A stretch of 64,000 bases of DNA. Origin: Candidatus Parcubacteria bacterium (GTDB lineage: Bacteria; Patescibacteriota; Minisyncoccia; Phycocordibacterales; JAKAEA01). The translations under genes were made by a program, and so were the position numbers. The notes beneath the pieces are model-generated. The model was not told the origin of the DNA, searched no databases, and was given only the letters and a program-made list of their open reading frames with translations. Numbering within the stretch: the stretch's first letter is position 1; every line of letters begins with the position of its first letter. Positions 28,209-37,940 of this stretch are shown here, in pieces. The stretch lies in contig JAIFWI010000002.1 of assembly GCA_019661945.1 (NCBI GenBank), positions 763-64,762 on the forward strand, in the 5' to 3' direction.

Positions 28209-29084
28209 ATGGACAAAGAAGCGCTAGAGATGCAAATTAAGACTATTGAGGACCAGATGGCCCAGGCGGATTTTTGGAATGATAAAGATAAGGCTCAAGC
28301 GGCAATTCGTGAGCTTCAGGAATTAAAAGAAAAACGCGAAGGAGCAGGCAAGTATGACAAGGGTAATGCCGTCATGAGTATTCTCTCCGGCGCCGGCGGT
28401 GATGATGCTGAAGATTTTTCCAATATTCTCTTTGAAATGTATCGAAAGTTCGTCGCAAAAAAAGGCTGGCAGGCAAGTATTGTTCACGAAAACAAAAATG
28501 ATCATGGTGGATATCGAAACATTACGTTTGAAATAATTGGCAAGGGTACCTACGGGACCTTGAGAAACGAGTCAGGCGTGCATCGCTTAGTGCGCATTTC
28601 TCCCTTTAATGCCAAGCAAATGCGCCACACCTCTTTTTCATTAGTGGAAGTTATTCCAAAATTTGAAAAAGTTTTAGAGACCGACATTCCACCTGATCAG
28701 GTAAGAGTTGAACTTTCAAAAGCAGGCGGCCCAGGCGGACAGAATGTGAATAAGCGAGAAACGGCGGTGCGTTTGGTTCATATTCCAACTAATATTTCCG
28801 TTCACGTCGCCTCAGAACGCTCACAAGCCCAGAATAAAGAGAAAGCCTTTGCCCTTTTGAAAGGTAAATTATTTAAAAAAGAAGAAGAAGATCAAAAGAA
28901 AAAAGCAGCAGGCATGGCCGTGAGTTCCACGACAGATATCGAATGGGGCAGTCAGATCCGCTCATATGTCTTCCACCCCTATAAAATGGTTAAAGATCAT
29001 CGAACCAATGTTGAGGTTCATAATGTGGATAAGGTTCTCGATGGCGATTTGGATGAGTTTATCGAAGCTGAAAAAGAGCTCTAA
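28209..29084 (+). CDS. prfB: Peptide chain release factor 2, shortened N-terminus
   Basis: SPF (RISPFN) and GGQ motifs, WGSQIRSYV. Confidence 0.93.
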   Translation: MDKEALEMQIKTIEDQMAQADFWNDKDKAQAAIRELQELKEKREGAGKYDKGNAVMSILSGAGGDDAEDFSNILFEMYRKFVAKKGWQASIVHENKNDHGGYRNITFEIIGKGTYGTLRNESGVHRLVRISPFNAKQMRHTSFSLVEVIPKFEKVLETDIPPDQVRVELSKAGGPGGQNVNKRETAVRLVHIPTNISVHVASERSQAQNKEKAFALLKGKLFKKEEEDQKKKAAGMAVSSTTDIEWGSQIRSYVFHPYKMVKDHRTNVEVHNVDKVLDGDLDEFIEAEKEL

Positions 29085-29152
29085 ATAATGCTGAGGGAGT
29101 AATTCTCAGGGGTTGCAATCTTTTCGTAAGATACTACAATAGGTAAGGCCAT

Positions 29153-29833
29153 ATGATTTACTTTGATCAGGTTTCAAAAATTTATCCAGACAATTCAATT
29201 GCCCTTGATGATGTGAGCTTTACCATAGAGCCCAATGAATTTGTCTCGGTGGTAGGCCACTCAGGGGCAGGCAAGACCACCCTTCTCAAGATGATCCTCG
29301 CAGAAGAAAAGCCCACCGAAGGGGCCGTTTATTTTCAGTCTACCAACATTCATGAACTTCGCCGAAATGAAATGAATTATTTCCGGCGTAAAATTGGCAC
29401 CATTTTCCAAGATTTCCGCCTTTTGCCCAATAAAACTGCCTACGAGAATATTGCCTTCGCTATGGAAGTAGCCGGCAAGACCGATGAGGAGATTGAATCC
29501 GATGTGCCGCATGTCTTGGAACTTGTTGATCTTGGTAAGAAGATGTGGAGTTTCCCGCATCAGCTCTCAGGTGGAGAAAAGCAAAGAGTGGCCATTGCCC
29601 GGGCTATTGTCAATCATCCGGACATTATTATTGCCGACGAGCCGACCGGAAATCTTGACCCGATTAATACCTACGAAATTGTCCAGATTTTGAAAAAGAT
29701 TAATGACTTAGGCACAACCGTAATTCTCACGACCCACAATAAAGGTGTGGTAGATGTAGTGAATAAGCGGGTCATTACCATCGAGAGCGGCAAAATTATT
29801 CGCGACGATAAAGAGGGCAAATACGTTTTGTAA
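29153..29833 (+). CDS. ftsE: Cell division ATP-binding protein FtsE
   Basis: GHSGAGKTT, FQDFRLL, LSGGEKQR, ADEPTGNLD. Confidence 0.92.
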   Translation: MIYFDQVSKIYPDNSIALDDVSFTIEPNEFVSVVGHSGAGKTTLLKMILAEEKPTEGAVYFQSTNIHELRRNEMNYFRRKIGTIFQDFRLLPNKTAYENIAFAMEVAGKTDEEIESDVPHVLELVDLGKKMWSFPHQLSGGEKQRVAIARAIVNHPDIIIADEPTGNLDPINTYEIVQILKKINDLGTTVILTTHNKGVVDVVNKRVITIESGKIIRDDKEGKYVL

Positions 29834-29842
29834 ATTAAATTT

Positions 29843-30769
29843 ATGTTGTGGACCAATACAAAAAGAGTTGTGCGTTCAGGTTTTGTAAACTTTTGGCGAA
29901 ATGGTTTCGTCTCGCTTTCTTCAATCCTGGTTATGACCATCACTCTGTTTGTCCTCGGCTCACTTATTTTCACCTACGTTCTTTTAAATGGTGCCCTCAT
30001 TCAAATTAAAGATAAAGTAGATATCAATGTTTATTTTGTCACAACCGCAAAAGAAGAGGATATTAAATCAATTCAAAAATCTCTAGAGACCTTGCCTGAA
30101 GTTTCAAAAGTGGTCTACTCATCTCGAGAAGATGTCTTAGCTGATTTTAAAAAGCGTCACGAAAATGATCAATTCACTCTCCAGGCTCTTGATGAATTGC
30201 AAGAAAATCCTCTCGGGGCAATTTTAAATGTAAAAGCCAAGGATCCATCACAATATGCCGGTATTGTCCGCTTTCTGGAATCAAAGAGTGTTTCTCAGAC
30301 AGACGGATTGCCCATTGTTGATAAGATTAACTACAATCAAAATAAAGTGGCTATTGATAAATTAACTCGAATTATTGACAGCGGTCAGCGACTTGGACTA
30401 TTTCTGCTCGGAATTCTCATTGTTATCTCGATTATGATTACTTTTAATACTATTCGACTAGCAATTTACATTTCTCGGGACGAAATTGCCGTTATGCGCC
30501 TTGTTGGAGCCAGTTCAAAATATATTCGCGGACCATTCGTCATTATCGGCATTATGTATGGCATTTTCTCAGCTATAATTACTGGACTTATTTTCCTGCC
30601 GGCCACATACTATCTCGGCCGGGCTACAGCCAACTTTTTCACTGGTATTAATGTCTATAACTATTACATTACTCACTTCCAGTATATTTTCCCTATGCTC
30701 CTTGGAGCCGGGGCATTGATCGGAGCGGTTTCGAGTTACATGGCCGTGCGGCGGTATTTACAGGTTTAA
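29843..30769 (+). CDS. ftsX: Cell division permease FtsX
   Basis: ENPL, NTIRLAI, EIAVMRLVGAS..YIRGPF. Confidence 0.92.
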   Translation: MLWTNTKRVVRSGFVNFWRNGFVSLSSILVMTITLFVLGSLIFTYVLLNGALIQIKDKVDINVYFVTTAKEEDIKSIQKSLETLPEVSKVVYSSREDVLADFKKRHENDQFTLQALDELQENPLGAILNVKAKDPSQYAGIVRFLESKSVSQTDGLPIVDKINYNQNKVAIDKLTRIIDSGQRLGLFLLGILIVISIMITFNTIRLAIYISRDEIAVMRLVGASSKYIRGPFVIIGIMYGIFSAIITGLIFLPATYYLGRATANFFTGINVYNYYITHFQYIFPMLLGAGALIGAVSSYMAVRRYLQV

Positions 30770-30793
30770 CAGTATCATATACAGTAGTACTTT

Positions 30794-32500
30794 ATGGCGA
30801 CGCGGAAAAAACGAAAATATATCTTTGTGGTGGGCGGCGTGATGTCAGGCGTCGGCAAAGGCATCGCCTCCTCATCAATCGGTACGGTCTTAAAAGCGCG
30901 GGGACTTAACGTCACCGCGTTAAAAATTGATCCCTATATCAACGTCGATGCCGGTACTATGAATCCGACTGAGCACGGCGAAGTTTTTGTCCTCGATGAC
31001 GGTGATGAAACCGATCAGGACATGGGTAATTACGAACGCTTTTTTAATACAACGCTTTCTCGGGTTAATTACATGACCACCGGCCGAGTCTATCTTGAAG
31101 TTATCCGCAAAGAGCGAAATTTAGAATACAAAGGCAAGAACGTTGAAGTTGTGCCGGATATTCCTTTCGAAGTTATCCGCCGGATTGAAAAAGCCACCGA
31201 GAAAGCTGATGCTGATGTCACTATTATTGAAATCGGCGGCACTATTGGCGAGTATCAAAATATTATATTCCTCGAAGCGGCTCGTATGATGAAGTCGAAA
31301 AATCCGCAAGATGTGGCTTTTGTCATGGTCAGCTATTTGCCGATTCCATCAAAAGTGGGGGAGATGAAAACAAAACCGACCCAGTATGCGGCAAGAACCT
31401 TAAATGGTGTGGGAATTCAGGCCGATATTATCATCGCCCGGAGTGAAGTGGCCCTCGATCATAAGCGTAAAGAAAAAATTGCTCTCTTTTGTAATATTCA
31501 GCCGGAAAGTGTTATCTCGGCGCCTGATATTGATAGTATTTATGACGTGCCGGTTAACTTTGAGCGGGATAATCTGGGAGCAATTTTGTGTAAAACATTA
31601 AAAATACCAAGCCGACCGACAAATCTTTCTGCATGGAAGTCATTTGTTAAAAAATCAAAGAGCCCGAGCAAAGAAGTGAAAATTGGCGTGGTTGGAAAAT
31701 ATTTTGATTCAGGTGATTTCGTTTTGTCTGATGTCTACATTTCAGTTCTTGAGGCTCTAAAAATTTCGGCCTATCATTTGGGAGCAAAGCCCGTCATTGA
31801 TTATATTAACTCTAAAGACTTTGAAGGACCGCAGCGCGAGAAAAACTTACAAAAGTTAAAAGAATATCATGGCATTCTTGTCCCCGGAGGCTTTGGCTCA
31901 ACTGGTATTGAAGGCAAAATAAATGCTATTCAATTTGCCCGGGAGAAAAAGATTCCATACTTTGGCCTGTGTTACGGTATGCAGCTTCTGGTTATTGAAT
32001 ATGCCCGCAATGTCGCGAGGTTGAAAGGCGCGCATACGACCGAAGTTGATCCGAAAACAAAATATCCTGTTATCGATATCATGGAAGATCAGAAGAAGCA
32101 CATGGAGAAGGGAAGTTTCGGCGCAACCATGCGTCTCGGTGCTTATCCTGCTCACTTAAAGAAAGAAACTGTGGCGCGTTCTGCTTACAATGAAGAAATG
32201 ATTTCAGAACGTCACCGCCATCGCTACGAAGTTAATCCTAAATATATTCCTGATATTACAAAAGCTGGTCTCGTCTTCTCCGGCACCTCACCCGACGGCC
32301 GGCTAATGGAAATTGCCGAACTTCCTGAGCGTCAGCATCCATTTTTCCTCGGCACCCAATTCCATCCAGAATTCACCGCCCGCCCGCTTAATCCTCATCC
32401 GTTATTCACTCGCTTCCTTGAAGCAGCTCTGAAACGAATAAAACCTCCAATAAAAATTGCTGGAAAGGTAGGTGGCGTGAAGCAAAATACTATTGCCTAA
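30794..32500 (+). CDS. pyrG: CTP synthase
   Basis: GGVMSGVGKG, KIDPYINVDAGTM, KTKPTQ, GLCYGMQ, QFHPEF. Confidence 0.97.
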   Translation: MATRKKRKYIFVVGGVMSGVGKGIASSSIGTVLKARGLNVTALKIDPYINVDAGTMNPTEHGEVFVLDDGDETDQDMGNYERFFNTTLSRVNYMTTGRVYLEVIRKERNLEYKGKNVEVVPDIPFEVIRRIEKATEKADADVTIIEIGGTIGEYQNIIFLEAARMMKSKNPQDVAFVMVSYLPIPSKVGEMKTKPTQYAARTLNGVGIQADIIIARSEVALDHKRKEKIALFCNIQPESVISAPDIDSIYDVPVNFERDNLGAILCKTLKIPSRPTNLSAWKSFVKKSKSPSKEVKIGVVGKYFDSGDFVLSDVYISVLEALKISAYHLGAKPVIDYINSKDFEGPQREKNLQKLKEYHGILVPGGFGSTGIEGKINAIQFAREKKIPYFGLCYGMQLLVIEYARNVARLKGAHTTEVDPKTKYPVIDIMEDQKKHMEKGSFGATMRLGAYPAHLKKETVARSAYNEEMISERHRHRYEVNPKYIPDITKAGLVFSGTSPDGRLMEIAELPERQHPFFLGTQFHPEFTARPLNPHPLFTRFLEAALKRIKPPIKIAGKVGGVKQNTIA

Positions 32501-32566
32501 ATAGAAAAGTGAACTCAGCTTGCCTTTATGCCATTTTGCGCTACTATAGTCTCAGAAAGGAGCCTC

Positions 32567-32677
32567 ATGCATATACCAGCCCTTTTCCGGCGCAGGAAAG
32601 TTAGTTGGAAAGTGATTGGGGACTGGCTTACACCGTATCTCGTGAACCTCCAGTACCTCAGCCCTCATATTTTCTGA
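32567..32677 (+). CDS. 36-aa hypothetical peptide (solo gene)
   Basis: TTGCCT-N16-TACTAT, AAGGAG SD, MHIPALFRRRKVSWKVIGDWLTPYLVNLQYLSPHIF*, CCCTCA/TGAGGG-T hairpin. Confidence 0.5.
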   Translation: MHIPALFRRRKVSWKVIGDWLTPYLVNLQYLSPHIF

Positions 32678-32737
32678 GGGTTTTTTCTTGCTTGAATACT
32701 TGAATAAAGGCTGATTTTACAGTATCTTGGAGTGACT

Positions 32738-32811
32738 TGCGGGATCGTCTAATGGTAGGACATATGCCTCTGGAGCATAGTATCTTGGTTCGAGTCCAAG
32801 TCCCGCAGCCA
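32738..32811 (+). tRNA. tRNA-Gln(CTG)
   Basis: TGCGGGA/TCCCGCA, TATGC-CTCTGGA-GCATA, encoded CCA. Confidence 0.95.
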
Positions 32812-32848
32812 ATGCTTTTCAGATAAGCTCTGCTATAATTAAAGTTAT

Positions 32849-33172
32849 ATGAAGAAACCAATAACTACTTTATATCTTTATCTCGGTGTCGTCGTACTCA
32901 TTTGGATAATCGCAGCAATAATGCTGACTACAATTTCTTTTCAAGATGCAGGTGGTCTTCTTGTTATATTACCAGCTATTGGATTAAGTATTGTACTTAT
33001 TGCAATAGGTTTAATACATTACTCAAAGGTTAAATCTAAATTTATCAATCAAAACCAACTTCCACAATTCAGTCATTCTCCAACTATATTTCGTTGGGCA
33101 GGTATCATACTAATACTTTGGTTAGCTCTTTGGCTATTAGCTCCATATATATCAAATTTGTTTGGTTTTTAA
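32849..33172 (+). CDS. AT-rich 3-TM hypothetical membrane protein
   Basis: ORF track; TATAAT just upstream; directly 3' of tRNA-Gln. Confidence 0.65.
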   Translation: MKKPITTLYLYLGVVVLIWIIAAIMLTTISFQDAGGLLVILPAIGLSIVLIAIGLIHYSKVKSKFINQNQLPQFSHSPTIFRWAGIILILWLALWLLAPYISNLFGF

Positions 33173-33184
33173 GCACTTAAACTG

Positions 33185-33203
33185 GTTCCAACATCGTACA
33201 CGA
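33185..33203. repeat. Conserved 19-bp motif, copy 2 (att-like?)
   Basis: GTTCCAACATCGTACACGA. Confidence 0.6.
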
Positions 33204-33237
33204 CGGTCAGCACTCATAAAAATCGTACCGGCATTAT

Positions 33238-33263
33238 AATATGCAACACAATGGTTGCATATT
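33238..33263. promoter_or_regulatory. Probable ArsR-family operator
   Basis: Perfect palindrome AATATGCAAC-N6-GTTGCATATT overlapping TATAAT upstream of the SRPBCC-ArsR pair. Confidence 0.7.
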
Positions 33264-33313
33264 TAAACACAGCATGATATCCTAAGCATATAGTGTTTAT
33301 AAATAAAAAATAT

Positions 33314-33745
33314 ATGCAAAACATAATCAAGCGTGAAGTTACAGTTAAAGCCGATAAGGAAAAGGTCTACAATGCAATTGCCAATCCTGAAAAAGTTGTT
33401 CAGTGGTTTCCTGATGAAGTAGAAGGTAAGTATGCGGCAGGCGAACGTCCAATATTTACATTTAAGGGGCATGGTAAGGCTCAGATTTATGTTGTCGATG
33501 CAAAGCCATATGAATATTTTTCGTATCGATGGATTCCAGGTGCTCATGACTTTATTGGCGATGTGTTAGCTGTCCCAAACACATTAGTTGAATTCAATAT
33601 TCAAGAAGAAAAAGATGGTACATGCAAAGTGGTGATGACAGAATCCGGTTTTGCAGCATTGCCAAGTGATACCGCAGAAAATGCATTCAAACAAAATTCC
33701 GGAGGATGGGAGTTCATGCTTGGCCGACTTGAGAAACTTTTTTAA
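33314..33745 (+). CDS. SRPBCC/AHSA1 (START-like) domain protein
   Basis: EKVYNAIANPE...WF, FSYRW, TLVEF, ESGF, GW..ML..L. Confidence 0.85.
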   Translation: MQNIIKREVTVKADKEKVYNAIANPEKVVQWFPDEVEGKYAAGERPIFTFKGHGKAQIYVVDAKPYEYFSYRWIPGAHDFIGDVLAVPNTLVEFNIQEEKDGTCKVVMTESGFAALPSDTAENAFKQNSGGWEFMLGRLEKLF

Positions 33746-33755
33746 GTAAAATAAT

Positions 33756-34067
33756 ATGGAAGCTCAAATTTTCAGGGCACTCGGTGATCCCTTGAGGCTC
33801 AAGATCGTCAAACGACTTTCTGGCGGGTCAACCCACACAATGGGAGATGTCACAAAAGGTCTTGGTGTCTCGAGGCAGGGTGCCCGAAAACAACTGCAAG
33901 TACTCGTTTCTGCAAAGATTGTACAGTTAAAACCCATTGGCCGTGAGGTAAGGGTACTACTGAACGCGAGTGCATTAAAATCGGGAAGGGACTTTATTGC
34001 CAATCTTGAAAACCAGTGGGACAAGCGCTTGAGAAAACTTAAGGAAGTTGTTGAAAAAGATTCGTGA
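33756..34067 (+). CDS. ArsR/SmtB family transcriptional regulator
   Basis: FRALGDPLRLKI, VSRQGARKQLQVL, WDKRL..L. Confidence 0.88.
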   Translation: MEAQIFRALGDPLRLKIVKRLSGGSTHTMGDVTKGLGVSRQGARKQLQVLVSAKIVQLKPIGREVRVLLNASALKSGRDFIANLENQWDKRLRKLKEVVEKDS

Positions 34068-34182
34068 TTGACTGAACCCTTGCCGACAGGCATCCCGCAG
34101 TAATATTTGACAAATATCATATTTTATATATAATATTTTTCGGTAGAAAGTTCCTCAAACTAAACCATCAACGGGAGAACTC

Positions 34183-34986
34183 ATGGCTGGAGATATGGAT
34201 CGAGAAACTCGTCTCAACCTGTGCCATAAGCTTATGGCAAATGCGGAATGGTGGCAGGGAAAGGTGAATGATGACCATCTCACACTGGTGATTGCCTTTC
34301 TTAAGGAGAGAATGGTTGTGGCTCGGCCATCAGACAGCAGTTCTGTCGGGGCCATGACGCCATTGCCGAAGGGTGTGCCGCCCTTGTATGTTGTGCCTCT
34401 CATGTCGCATGACCAGTATGTCGGTCGAGGAGAATGGAGGCAGTACCTCCATAGCGACAGCTCTGCCTGTTTCGTTGGGCCGGCATCACTTCTGGTCCTC
34501 TCAAGTCTCATCGATCGGAGCTTGGTGTCACTTGCGCTTGTATTCTTGCATGAGGCTGACCATGCTTATGGATGGTTTGTGCTCGGCAATAATGGTGAGC
34601 GCAATGGGCAGGCGAGGCTTGATGAGGAGATCAGGGTTCGAAGGAACGATAACAGAGCGATGACTAAGTTCGGGTTCAATCCTTACAATCGCTACATCGA
34701 CCTGTTAGCCCTGAAGGTGAAAGAAGAGATTGAAACCAAAGACGAGATGTGGATTGAACGGTGCATGTGTTCTGATTGGAGGGTTCTTGATGGCTTCTTG
34801 GGTTCTTCAGTAAGTGGGAGCGAACAACGATTTCGTCAGTCGAAGATTGCTCACCATGTCATTGAAGTTGTGGCAAGCTTGCTGCAACCCGATGAAGCGC
34901 AGCGCCCTGTTCTACATCGAGAGCTTCTGTTGTGCTTTTACGCGAAGGCTGCGCCGCCGCCGATGCTCAAACGGTATGCTGATTGA
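34183..34986 (+). CDS. Hypothetical protein with HExxH motif (solo GC-rich gene)
   Basis: LHEADH; TTGACA-N16-TATAAT 34107-34134; GGGAGA SD. Confidence 0.65.
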   Translation: MAGDMDRETRLNLCHKLMANAEWWQGKVNDDHLTLVIAFLKERMVVARPSDSSSVGAMTPLPKGVPPLYVVPLMSHDQYVGRGEWRQYLHSDSSACFVGPASLLVLSSLIDRSLVSLALVFLHEADHAYGWFVLGNNGERNGQARLDEEIRVRRNDNRAMTKFGFNPYNRYIDLLALKVKEEIETKDEMWIERCMCSDWRVLDGFLGSSVSGSEQRFRQSKIAHHVIEVVASLLQPDEAQRPVLHRELLLCFYAKAAPPPMLKRYAD

Positions 34987-35103
34987 TTCAGTCCAGATAC
35001 TACATTGTTTATCTGGGCTTTTTTCTTTTTAGTGCTATACTTGCGGCAATAGTTGAGACCAGCCTAAGGCTAGAAGGGTATTATAAGTTAAGTATTTAAT
35101 AAT

Positions 35104-35418
35104 ATGGAACTTGAAGATTTTATCACTACTACTCTTTTAGAAATTCAGAGAGGTATTCGTAATGCCAATATCAAAATTGCTAAAGAAGCGGGTAAAAAAT
35201 TGGGAGTTGATGAAACAATACAATATCAAATAGACAGAGGTAACAAAGGTATAAAGTTTGACGTTGCTGTTACAGTTAGTAATGAAAAAGGCGGAGAAGG
35301 TGGAGGTAAAATCAAGGTGGCAGTAATAGATGTTGGTGGTTCAAAGACTACAGCATCAAAGGAAGAATATGTCAGTCACATAACTTTTGAAGTAAATCCT
35401 TTTAGAAGTGTCCATTAA
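35104..35418 (+). CDS. Trypco2-like protein
   Basis: MELEDFI..TL.EI..G, IKFDVAVTV, GG.GKIKV, SHITFEV. Confidence 0.65.
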   Translation: MELEDFITTTLLEIQRGIRNANIKIAKEAGKKLGVDETIQYQIDRGNKGIKFDVAVTVSNEKGGEGGGKIKVAVIDVGGSKTTASKEEYVSHITFEVNPFRSVH

Positions 35419-35481
35419 ATATATGAAAATTAAAATTTCTTACTTACTTGTATTTAGCCATTGTAATCTTGGAGCAAAGCC

Positions 35482-36075
35482 ATGATAAAAGCTATAATTT
35501 TTGACTTAAACGGTATATTTATACAGAGTCCCAAACTAAGTGAACGATTTGAGAAGGACTTTAATGTGCCTATTCCCGAATTTCTTCCGAAATTATCGGA
35601 AATTATGGATAAAGTACGACAGCCGAATGCTGGTGGTTCTTTTCAGTACTGGAAACCTGCCTTAGAAAAGTGGAACATTACTCTATCTGAACAAGAGTTT
35701 TGGGATTATTGGTTCAAGGCAGAGACTGTTTCTGAAAAGATGGTTGAGTTTGCGAAAGAATTACGAGCAAAAGGCATTAAGGTTTTCATCCTTTCTAATA
35801 ATTTTAAAGAACGAGCTGAGTATTATGGTCATTATCCTTGGATTTATGAAGCGGTGGATAAGGTCTATTTCTCTTGGCAATCTGGATTTGTTAAGCCTGA
35901 TCCACAAGCTTGGTTACAAATACTATCAGAAAATAGTTTAAAACCAGAGGAATTTCTTTACTTTGATGACCAAGAAAAGAATCTTAAAGCAGCCCAAAGT
36001 ATTGGTATAAAATCCTTCATGTTTACCACTGAGAAGAGTTTACAGGAAACAGTAAATGAGCACATTCCTTTTTGA
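35482..36075 (+). CDS. HAD-superfamily hydrolase
   Basis: AIIFDLNG, ILSN, KPDP, FDD..KN. Confidence 0.85.
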   Translation: MIKAIIFDLNGIFIQSPKLSERFEKDFNVPIPEFLPKLSEIMDKVRQPNAGGSFQYWKPALEKWNITLSEQEFWDYWFKAETVSEKMVEFAKELRAKGIKVFILSNNFKERAEYYGHYPWIYEAVDKVYFSWQSGFVKPDPQAWLQILSENSLKPEEFLYFDDQEKNLKAAQSIGIKSFMFTTEKSLQETVNEHIPF

Positions 36076-36087
36076 TATACTTGAATC

Positions 36088-36498
36088 ATGAAAATATTTG
36101 TTTGTACAAGCAGGCATCTGTATGACAAGGCTAAGCCAGTTATTCAAGCTCTGGAACAGGCAGGGCATACAATAACATTGCCGAATAATTTCGATGATTT
36201 CGGAAGAGAGAATCGTATGAAGGCCGAACAGGCAAGTGATTACCCAGCATGGAAAGCGAGTATGTTTCGAAAGCAAGCCGAAAAGGTGGCGAATAATGAT
36301 GTAATCTTAGTGATGAATTTTGAAAAGGAAGGAAAGCCAAATTATATAGGCGGGGCAACTTTTCTGGAGATATTTAAAGCATGGGAGCTTAGTAAAAAAA
36401 TCTTTTTCTATAATCCTATTCCTGAAGGAATGCTTCGAGATGAACTTGTGGGTATGAGCCCTACAGTGATTAATCAAGACATATCTTTAATTGATTGA
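36088..36498 (+). CDS. Nucleoside 2-deoxyribosyltransferase-like protein
   Basis: D.ILVMN.EK.G..NYIGGATFLEIFKAW..SKKIF. Confidence 0.6.
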   Translation: MKIFVCTSRHLYDKAKPVIQALEQAGHTITLPNNFDDFGRENRMKAEQASDYPAWKASMFRKQAEKVANNDVILVMNFEKEGKPNYIGGATFLEIFKAWELSKKIFFYNPIPEGMLRDELVGMSPTVINQDISLID

Positions 36499-36501
36499 TA
36501 T

Positions 36502-37263
36502 ATGCTATCAAAACCCACTATCGTAAAGATGTTCGATGAACAAGCAAAGGCATTTGCTGAGTTCTCCCAAGAATCGTTCCAGTGGCATCATATGGAGAAG
36601 GGCATATATGATAAATACTTGAGCGACAACTTTTTAAATAACTCAGAAATTTTAGATATAGGTAGTGGAGCAGGAAGAATAATGAAATATCTTAACCAAA
36701 GGGGAGTATTGGAAGAGAACATCACCGGAGTAGATGTAAGTAGTGAAATGGTAAAAATTGCCAAAAATCGCTTGCCGGGAGCAACATTTGCGAATCAGGA
36801 TATTGCACATTTAGATCTCAGTAATAAAAATTTTAGCCTCGTCACGTCCCATATGGTCTTTGAATTTCTGGATAATGACCAACTGCATAAAACTTTAAAG
36901 CAGGCTTATGATCACATGGCTGAGAATGGAACTCTTATGTATACAACGACTCATCCTAACAAGATGGCCTCAGGAGATTATGCAAATTACAAGGATAAGC
37001 AGTTTTGGATTGATACGTCAGCTCCATGGGAAGGTGGAATATCTACCTTTCACCGACCGACCAATGATTTCATCAATGCAACAATAAAAGCTGGTTTTCA
37101 TATTGATAGAATTATCGAAATAGGTTTCGATCTAAGTGCAAAAGAGGAGAGTGCCTTAAAAGTCGCAAAGTATCTTAAATACGGGCCAATGAGATTGATG
37201 GTTATGGCCAGGAAACTAACCAAAGTTAAAAAACCATCAGCACGTGCTGTTTTGTATACTTAA
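36502..37263 (+). CDS. Class I SAM-dependent methyltransferase
   Basis: ILDIGSGAG, GVDVSSEMV. Confidence 0.85.
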   Translation: MLSKPTIVKMFDEQAKAFAEFSQESFQWHHMEKGIYDKYLSDNFLNNSEILDIGSGAGRIMKYLNQRGVLEENITGVDVSSEMVKIAKNRLPGATFANQDIAHLDLSNKNFSLVTSHMVFEFLDNDQLHKTLKQAYDHMAENGTLMYTTTHPNKMASGDYANYKDKQFWIDTSAPWEGGISTFHRPTNDFINATIKAGFHIDRIIEIGFDLSAKEESALKVAKYLKYGPMRLMVMARKLTKVKKPSARAVLYT

Positions 37264-37266
37264 TTC

Positions 37267-37650
37267 ATGAACACTCCCTTCAAAATCACTCGAAAGCTAT
37301 TCTGTATTAAAGATGGGGAAGTTAAAACACCTCCAGCTGATAGTTTTCACACGCATACTGAATGGTTCACGGATGAGGGCTGGATTGATGAGAATAATGT
37401 AGATATGTTTTTGGAAACAGTTGATCGGGGCTACTATTTTCCTGAGAACAATACTTTATATACATATACCGGTTATGATTTCGCTTTCACCGAGAAGACA
37501 GTTTCAAATGTGAAATCAGTTATACCTCTGCTTAAAGAAGCTTTGCACCTTGGCCTTGATACTAAAATCTGCTTTGGTCCAAAAGATAAAGTGTTTAATG
37601 GCCGAGAACATCCTCAGCTTTGCATTGGGGATTTAAAGGATATACTTTAG
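37267..37650 (+). CDS. Hypothetical protein
   Basis: ORF track; operon spacing. Confidence 0.6.
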   Translation: MNTPFKITRKLFCIKDGEVKTPPADSFHTHTEWFTDEGWIDENNVDMFLETVDRGYYFPENNTLYTYTGYDFAFTEKTVSNVKSVIPLLKEALHLGLDTKICFGPKDKVFNGREHPQLCIGDLKDIL

Positions 37651-37652
37651 GT

Positions 37653-37922
37653 ATGGACATCCAATTTATTTTAAGTATTTTAGTCAGCATATTTTCACTT
37701 GCCCTTGTGCTTGTTGGCATACCGGCTCAGATTGCAAAAAATTATAGGGAGAAAAGATCGGGTCAGCCGGTGATGACGATACTTATTGCTCTAGCCTTCT
37801 ATGCATCCCAAATAGGTTTTTTCATCGTTACTCACACCTGGTTGCCGCTTGTCTCTTTCATTATTGGTATTATTTTGTGGGGTGTGACCCTGGTGCAGTA
37901 TTTTCTGTATCGTCAGAAGTAA
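37653..37922 (+). CDS. PQ-loop/SemiSWEET-like 3-TM protein
   Basis: IPAQIAKNYREKRSG; TATACT directly upstream of ATG 37653. Confidence 0.65.
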   Translation: MDIQFILSILVSIFSLALVLVGIPAQIAKNYREKRSGQPVMTILIALAFYASQIGFFIVTHTWLPLVSFIIGIILWGVTLVQYFLYRQK

Positions 37923-37940
37923 TAATGATACTATTACTAC

